64,000 nucleotides of DNA from Bdellovibrionota bacterium (GTDB lineage: Bacteria > Bdellovibrionota_C > UBA2361 > OMII01): positions 1-64,000 of the forward strand of contig JBIJBE010000011.1 of assembly GCA_044345405.1 (NCBI GenBank), written 5' to 3'. Below the pieces are notes generated by a model. It saw nothing but the letters and a program-made list of their open reading frames with translations, was not told where the DNA came from and did not search any database. The first letter of the stretch is position 1; each line of letters begins with the position of its first letter. Below are positions 59,029-64,000 of the stretch, piece by piece. The position numbers and the translations under genes were made by a program.

Positions 59029-62000
59029 ATGTCACATAAGAGATTCTCTGTTTCGTTTAATCCTCCGAATGATGCGCCTCACGCGGAGTTTACCGGGGAA
59101 CGGTTTCTTCCGTATCTTTCGGGAGAACTCGCATGGGAACACCTTCATCGGTACTCGTGCGCTGTGGACGTAGCCGAGGGGCTGGACGTACTCGATATCG
59201 CGTGTGGGGAGGGATATGGCAGCTACATGCTCTCCCAGGTCGCAAAAAGCGTGCTCGGGGTCGATATTGATGGACCGACAGTGAGCGCCGCGTCCGCTAA
59301 GTACCTATCCTCAAATCTTAGGTTCACGCAGGGGAGCTGCTCCGCGATTCCGGCACCTGACTCCTCCGTAGATCTGGTCGTTAGTTTTGAGACTATTGAA
59401 CATATCGCTGCCCAAGAGGGGTTTCTTGAGGAGGTTCTTCGAGTTTTGAGACCGGACGGAATGCTTCTCATCTCATCTCCCGAAAGAGACGCGTATCAAC
59501 AAACGCGAGGTTCTTCCGCGAACGAGTTCCACGAAAAGGAATTGTCGCTAAGTGAATTGGACGCCCAGCTCAAAAAACGGTTTGCAAACGTACAACTGAG
59601 TCGGCAACTGCCTCTCTTTGGGTCGTTTGTCGCATCTTTTGATGGGGTAAGTAGCAGCCATCAAGTCAGAGTGATGAGTCTTGGTGACGGAACAATTGAG
59701 TGTGCCGATGTGCTTACCCGTGGTCCCTACGTCATTGGGCTCTGTTCTCGCTCGGAGGTTGTAAAAAAACTCCCTGCAAGTTTGTTTGATCCACAGCTAC
59801 CATCTAATCTGCTAAGCGCATTAGAGGGCGGAATTCGGGAACGGGATGATCAACGGAGAGCTGATTCCGCCCAAATTTCGGAGCTGCTTGGTATTATCCG
59901 TCTCCAGACAGAGCAGCGGAGGATAAGGAATGACGCGTTAGCCCGAGCAAGTGTTAGCCAGGAAAAGCTAACATCCTCCGCACTGGCAAGTCTGATTGAA
60001 GTCGATGAACAGGCGGGGGCCTCTCAGTCTTCTCCATCATGTAAACAGATCTTGCGTGGACTGAAGAAAGATCTTGCGGCTGTCTCCTTTTTACGACACC
60101 GTCCTGAATTCGACGTCTCTTACTACTCTCCACGTCTTCAACATTTCAAGGGTGGACGCCTTCTCTCAATTTTTCACTACCAGATGGTCGGTTGGAGGAT
60201 GGGCCGCAAGCCAAATGCCGCGTTTGATACTGTATGGTACAACGCTTTTCATAAAGATGTAGGGCGCTCATATTGTTCCCCTTTGGTTCATTACCTCAAG
60301 CATGGAGTGCATGAGGGGAGAGCGACCTCCGCCGAGGATGAAGAACGTCGCTCACGTGAGGAGCTGGCGCATCGAGTCCAGACGCTTCGCACTCGTCTGA
60401 CTCAGATCTCAGGAATGCCGGACGGCCTTGATGCTATCTGCTCAGATGTCGTTATGCTCCGTGAGGCGATGTCTCGTGACGTTGAAACCAACTCCGGCAT
60501 GAGCCCTGGAGAGGTTTTGAGAGAGATTAGTCTTATAAATTTGGATATACTCAAGGCTCAGTCTCTTCGAGCTCCGTATGACGATAATCCGGATATTTCG
60601 GTGGTCATCCCAGTGTACAACCAGCTTCGAAGTACCTTGGCGTGTATCCGCTCTTTGATACAGCATCACTCGACGAGGGCCTTTGAGATAATTGTAGTTG
60701 ATGACTGTTCAAACGACACTACTGTTGCCGTGTGCCAGTGCATCCCTCACATTCGTCTGGTTACTAAAGAGAGAAACTCGGGATTTATCGACTCCTGCAA
60801 TCGTGGTGCTCAGGTCGCTCGCGGAAAACAGGTTGTGTTCCTAAATAATGACACGTACGTGTTACCCAAATGGTTGGATAATCTCGCTGATACGTTTGAG
60901 AGCTCACCGTCGATAGGTCTCGTTGGCTCGCAGTTGCTGTATCCGGATGGCAGCCTCCAAGAGGCGGGTGGAATTATCTGGCGAAATGGCCAAGCTTGGA
61001 ACTACGGCCGTAATCAGGACGCTTCGAGGGGGGAGTTTAATTACCTCCGGGATGTTGATTTTTGCTCTGGCGCCTCGATCATGATCGATCGTGATTTCTT
61101 TCTAACCCTTGGTGGTTTTGATTCTCACTACGCGCCAGCATATTGTGAGGATGTTGACCTCGCCTTTAAGGTTCGGGAGAGGGGACTTCGAGTGGTGTAT
61201 CAGCCATTCTCTCGTCTGATTCATTTCGAGGGGGTTTCCTCCGGAACGGATGTGCGGGTTGGTGTCAAATCCTATCAGGTAGCCAATCTTCAGAAACTGA
61301 AAGTTCGCTGGGCATCCGCGTTAACCCAGCACGCGCTGCATGGGGAAACGTTGCCAGAGGTTGCTCGAGACTTTAAGGTCAAGGGCCGTGTGTTCTTTGT
61401 CGACGCGCTTACCCCCACACCTGATCAAGACGCCGGTTCAATAGTTGCCGACACCTGGCTTAGAGCTCTTGTTGAGCTCGGATATCATGTGACGTTTTTC
61501 GCGTACTGGAATCCCGGTTACATTCCTCACTACACTGAACGGTTGCAGCGGATGGGTGTGCATGTGCTGATCCCGCCTTCCAGCCTCGATCTCGACTCAT
61601 ATGTCGCTCAATTTGGAGCTACCTACGATCTGATAATCGGCTTGCGGCACGGTTCAACTCGCCCAGTGTACGATGCGTTCGACAAACACGGCTTTAAACC
61701 TAAGAAGGTATTCCTCCCGATCGATTTGCACTATATTCGCGAGCTACGGCAGTCTGAACTCACGGGTTCAGCGGGTGAACGAGAGCGAGCGCTTGAAACA
61801 AAACAGAGCGAGCTCTCAGTGATAGGGGAGAGTGCTATTACCCTAGTCCACAGTTCCTTTGAGCTGGATGATCTCGCGAAAGAGAGCCCGTCCTCGGATG
61901 TTCGTGTTTCTCCTATCATTACCGATGTGATGGGATGTAAAGCGTCTTTGGAGGCTCGTAAGGATATCTGCTTTGTGGGTGGATTTCAGCATACCCCGAA

Positions 62001-62517
62001 CGTCGACGCGGTGATGTTCTTCGTTAACGAGGTCCTTCCGCTCGTCGTGGAGAAGATTCCTGATGTGGTTTTGAAAGTGATTGGAAGTAAGGTTCCACCT
62101 GAGATTGAGCAGCTTAGAGGACCTAATGTTGAGATCCTAGGATTCGTTCCTGACCTCGATCCTATCTGGTCTTCCATTCGAATCTCCGTTGCCCCGTTGC
62201 GTTTCGGGGCTGGAGTGAAGGGGAAGGTTTGTATGAGCCTTAGTTATGGTGTGCCAGTTGTTTGTACCCCGGTTGCCGCTGAGGGGATGGGGCTTCGAGA
62301 TGGGCAAGAGGTGTTGATTGGAAGCTCTCCCCGTGAATTAGCGGATCAGGTGCTTCGTGTTTATCAAGACGAGCAGCTGTGGAAGGATCTTTCGACGAAC
62401 GGGATGAGGCTTGTGGAGGAGGAGTTTTCCACAAACACTAACCGTAACCGTATCCTAGGATATCTTTCTGATCTGGGTTTTGGGCAAGTACTACGGAGGG
62501 ATTCTAGCGCTGCATAG
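59029..62517 (+). CDS. Multidomain methyltransferase-coiled coil-GT2-GT4 glycan biosynthesis protein
   Basis: FTGERF, EHLHRY, LDIACGEGYG, SFETIEH; HYLKHGVHEGR repeat; ISVVIPVYN, FLNND; GGFQHTPNVDA, APLRFGAGVKGK. Confidence 0.9.
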   Translation: MSHKRFSVSFNPPNDAPHAEFTGERFLPYLSGELAWEHLHRYSCAVDVAEGLDVLDIACGEGYGSYMLSQVAKSVLGVDIDGPTVSAASAKYLSSNLRFTQGSCSAIPAPDSSVDLVVSFETIEHIAAQEGFLEEVLRVLRPDGMLLISSPERDAYQQTRGSSANEFHEKELSLSELDAQLKKRFANVQLSRQLPLFGSFVASFDGVSSSHQVRVMSLGDGTIECADVLTRGPYVIGLCSRSEVVKKLPASLFDPQLPSNLLSALEGGIRERDDQRRADSAQISELLGIIRLQTEQRRIRNDALARASVSQEKLTSSALASLIEVDEQAGASQSSPSCKQILRGLKKDLAAVSFLRHRPEFDVSYYSPRLQHFKGGRLLSIFHYQMVGWRMGRKPNAAFDTVWYNAFHKDVGRSYCSPLVHYLKHGVHEGRATSAEDEERRSREELAHRVQTLRTRLTQISGMPDGLDAICSDVVMLREAMSRDVETNSGMSPGEVLREISLINLDILKAQSLRAPYDDNPDISVVIPVYNQLRSTLACIRSLIQHHSTRAFEIIVVDDCSNDTTVAVCQCIPHIRLVTKERNSGFIDSCNRGAQVARGKQVVFLNNDTYVLPKWLDNLADTFESSPSIGLVGSQLLYPDGSLQEAGGIIWRNGQAWNYGRNQDASRGEFNYLRDVDFCSGASIMIDRDFFLTLGGFDSHYAPAYCEDVDLAFKVRERGLRVVYQPFSRLIHFEGVSSGTDVRVGVKSYQVANLQKLKVRWASALTQHALHGETLPEVARDFKVKGRVFFVDALTPTPDQDAGSIVADTWLRALVELGYHVTFFAYWNPGYIPHYTERLQRMGVHVLIPPSSLDLDSYVAQFGATYDLIIGLRHGSTRPVYDAFDKHGFKPKKVFLPIDLHYIRELRQSELTGSAGERERALETKQSELSVIGESAITLVHSSFELDDLAKESPSSDVRVSPIITDVMGCKASLEARKDICFVGGFQHTPNVDAVMFFVNEVLPLVVEKIPDVVLKVIGSKVPPEIEQLRGPNVEILGFVPDLDPIWSSIRISVAPLRFGAGVKGKVCMSLSYGVPVVCTPVAAEGMGLRDGQEVLIGSSPRELADQVLRVYQDEQLWKDLSTNGMRLVEEEFSTNTNRNRILGYLSDLGFGQVLRRDSSAA

Positions 62518-62606
62518 ACTTTTCTATGCAGCAGGAAGAAGTTGTCCCCTGTTTTTTGTCTTAATTTTTGGTTATTCGACATAATAATATCGGATTGAAT
62601 TTGAGA

Positions 62607-63455
62607 TTAAGCGCTCAAAGCGTTAACTTTTTCTCTGCTGCCAAAAATACGAGGCACCGGAGATCTCGCAATGGCAGTATCTTGCACTACTCCTACGTCT
62701 ACTAGCCCCTCTTGGCTAAGGATTTGTTCTAAGAGTTCTCCCATAGTTATTGGATACCCCGAGCAGACGTTGTAGGTCTCCCCTGGGGCTCCGTGTAGCA
62801 AAATTTGAAGATAATCGGATGACGCCGCGTGCGCGGATATGTAGTCTCGCTCATCAGTTAAGGGGCCCACCCTAATTTCCGTTTGACGACCAGTCCGAAT
62901 GTTTTCAATTTGTTCGTAGACCCTTCCCACAAATAAATGTGGCGGCAGTCCCGGAGCTAAGACGTTAAAGGTTCGAGCTAGCTTGACATTTAGTTTAAAG
63001 CGATTTGCGTATAGGGGAACTAAAAGACTTTGCATCGCTTTGGTTGTGCCATATACAGAAACTGGTACCAGAGGCTCCGTTTCCCTGACGGCCCGTGAGG
63101 GGTTTTTGATCTGGCCATATTCAGCTGCGCTGCCAATCAATACTATGGACGACGTGGGTGCAACTTTTACAGCTGCTTCAAGGAGTGCTTGAGGTATTTC
63201 GACATTTGCTCGCAGACCCACGGCGAAATCTTGGCTGACAGAGCCAAGAAAGTTTATTATGTGGGTTGGCTTGTACGAGGATACGATCTCAAAAAGCTTT
63301 TCGTTCAAATCTGGTAATCTTCCGGACGAATAACTTGCTCCTTCTACGTCGGAGCGTTTCACATCGATGAACGTGGAGCTGGGATTACGGCTGGAGACAA
63401 ACTCTTTGAAGTTTTTACCGCTGACACTATTTCCGCCGAGAATCATTATTTTCAT
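62607..63455 (-). CDS. NAD-dependent epimerase/reductase (Rmd-like)
   Basis: GSAAEYG, YGTTK, ARTFN, ERDY, GETYNVCSG. Confidence 0.8.
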   Translation of the reverse strand: MKIMILGGNSVSGKNFKEFVSSRNPSSTFIDVKRSDVEGASYSSGRLPDLNEKLFEIVSSYKPTHIINFLGSVSQDFAVGLRANVEIPQALLEAAVKVAPTSSIVLIGSAAEYGQIKNPSRAVRETEPLVPVSVYGTTKAMQSLLVPLYANRFKLNVKLARTFNVLAPGLPPHLFVGRVYEQIENIRTGRQTEIRVGPLTDERDYISAHAASSDYLQILLHGAPGETYNVCSGYPITMGELLEQILSQEGLVDVGVVQDTAIARSPVPRIFGSREKVNALSA

Positions 63456-64000
63456 AGTTCGAGTATTCGAAACACTTCCTCGTGGTTTTCGTTACAGTAG
63501 TCGTAGTCCTCCGGACGACCGATATCTAACCAAAAACCTTCCCACAGGTAGCTTGTCGCTGGATTGTTGTTGGCTAAGCAATCGTACATTAAATTATCGA
63601 ATCCATAGGGCGCCCCCGTCTTCAGAGGTTCGAGAATCGATCGGTTCAGGGCGTATACACCCATACTTACGATGTAGGAGTGAACTGGCTTCTCTCGGAA
63701 TCCGATAATCCTTCCGTGGTCGTTCGTATCGATGACACCGTAGTCCGTTTTTTGACTACGGCGGAAAGTTGCTACGGTTACTTCCGAGGCACTTTTAGCA
63801 TGGGTTTCGTATAGACCCCTAAAGTCTAGATCGGTAAGTATATCGCCGTTCAGTACAAGGAATTTTTCAGGTAGGTCTTGTATTAACTTAAGTGGTCCGA
63901 TTGTGCTGAGAGGTCTATCCTCCAGGGAATAGTCGATTTTCACCCCCCACCTATCTCCATTACCTATAAAACTCATAATCAGATTCGCCAAGTGATTGAC
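63452..64000 (-). CDS. Sugar-phosphate nucleotidyltransferase (5' truncated by window)
   Basis: PLSTIGPL, FLVLNGDIL, YGV, FREKP, WLDIGRPEDY. Confidence 0.88.
   Translation of the reverse strand, partial: VNHLANLIMSFIGNGDRWGVKIDYSLEDRPLSTIGPLKLIQDLPEKFLVLNGDILTDLDFRGLYETHAKSASEVTVATFRRSQKTDYGVIDTNDHGRIIGFREKPVHSYIVSMGVYALNRSILEPLKTGAPYGFDNLMYDCLANNNPATSYLWEGFWLDIGRPEDYDYCNENHEEVFRILEL

Overview
Gene-dense chromosomal segment of a Gram-negative bacterium. kdsB, an LpxA-like acyltransferase and wzm/wzt support this. The SspB-like, DUF1329-like and PT-linker secreted proteins suggest an uncultured Deltaproteobacteria/Bdellovibrionota-like lineage, but that is inference only. Housekeeping genes include cysDN, degP, rplM-rpsI, pheA, kdsB, tRNA-Phe, a class A PBP, alr, mgsA, rsmE, metF, nuoI, rpsN and nfo. 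The window also holds an H-NOX/histidine kinase pair, a hybrid kinase and, from about 44.7 kb, a surface-glycan locus. No transposase, prophage, CRISPR array or rRNA was seen. The most notable observations are: (i) an A-B-A'-B' operon of four orphan exported proteins at 3.3-6.8 kb, which looks like two diverged partner/membrane-inserting-protein pairs behind a sigma28-like promoter; (ii) a five-copy REP/REPIN-like palindromic family whose hairpin loop carries other small hairpins; (iii) a MocR regulator divergent from cysDN with a clear operator; (iv) an oxidoreductase-aminotransferase-LpxA-like-GT2 operon facing a GT-C protein, suggesting an Arn-like pathway for an N-acyl aminosugar; (v) a metF-nuoI coupling preceded by a structured leader. 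All calls come from visual motif recognition; no database searches were run.
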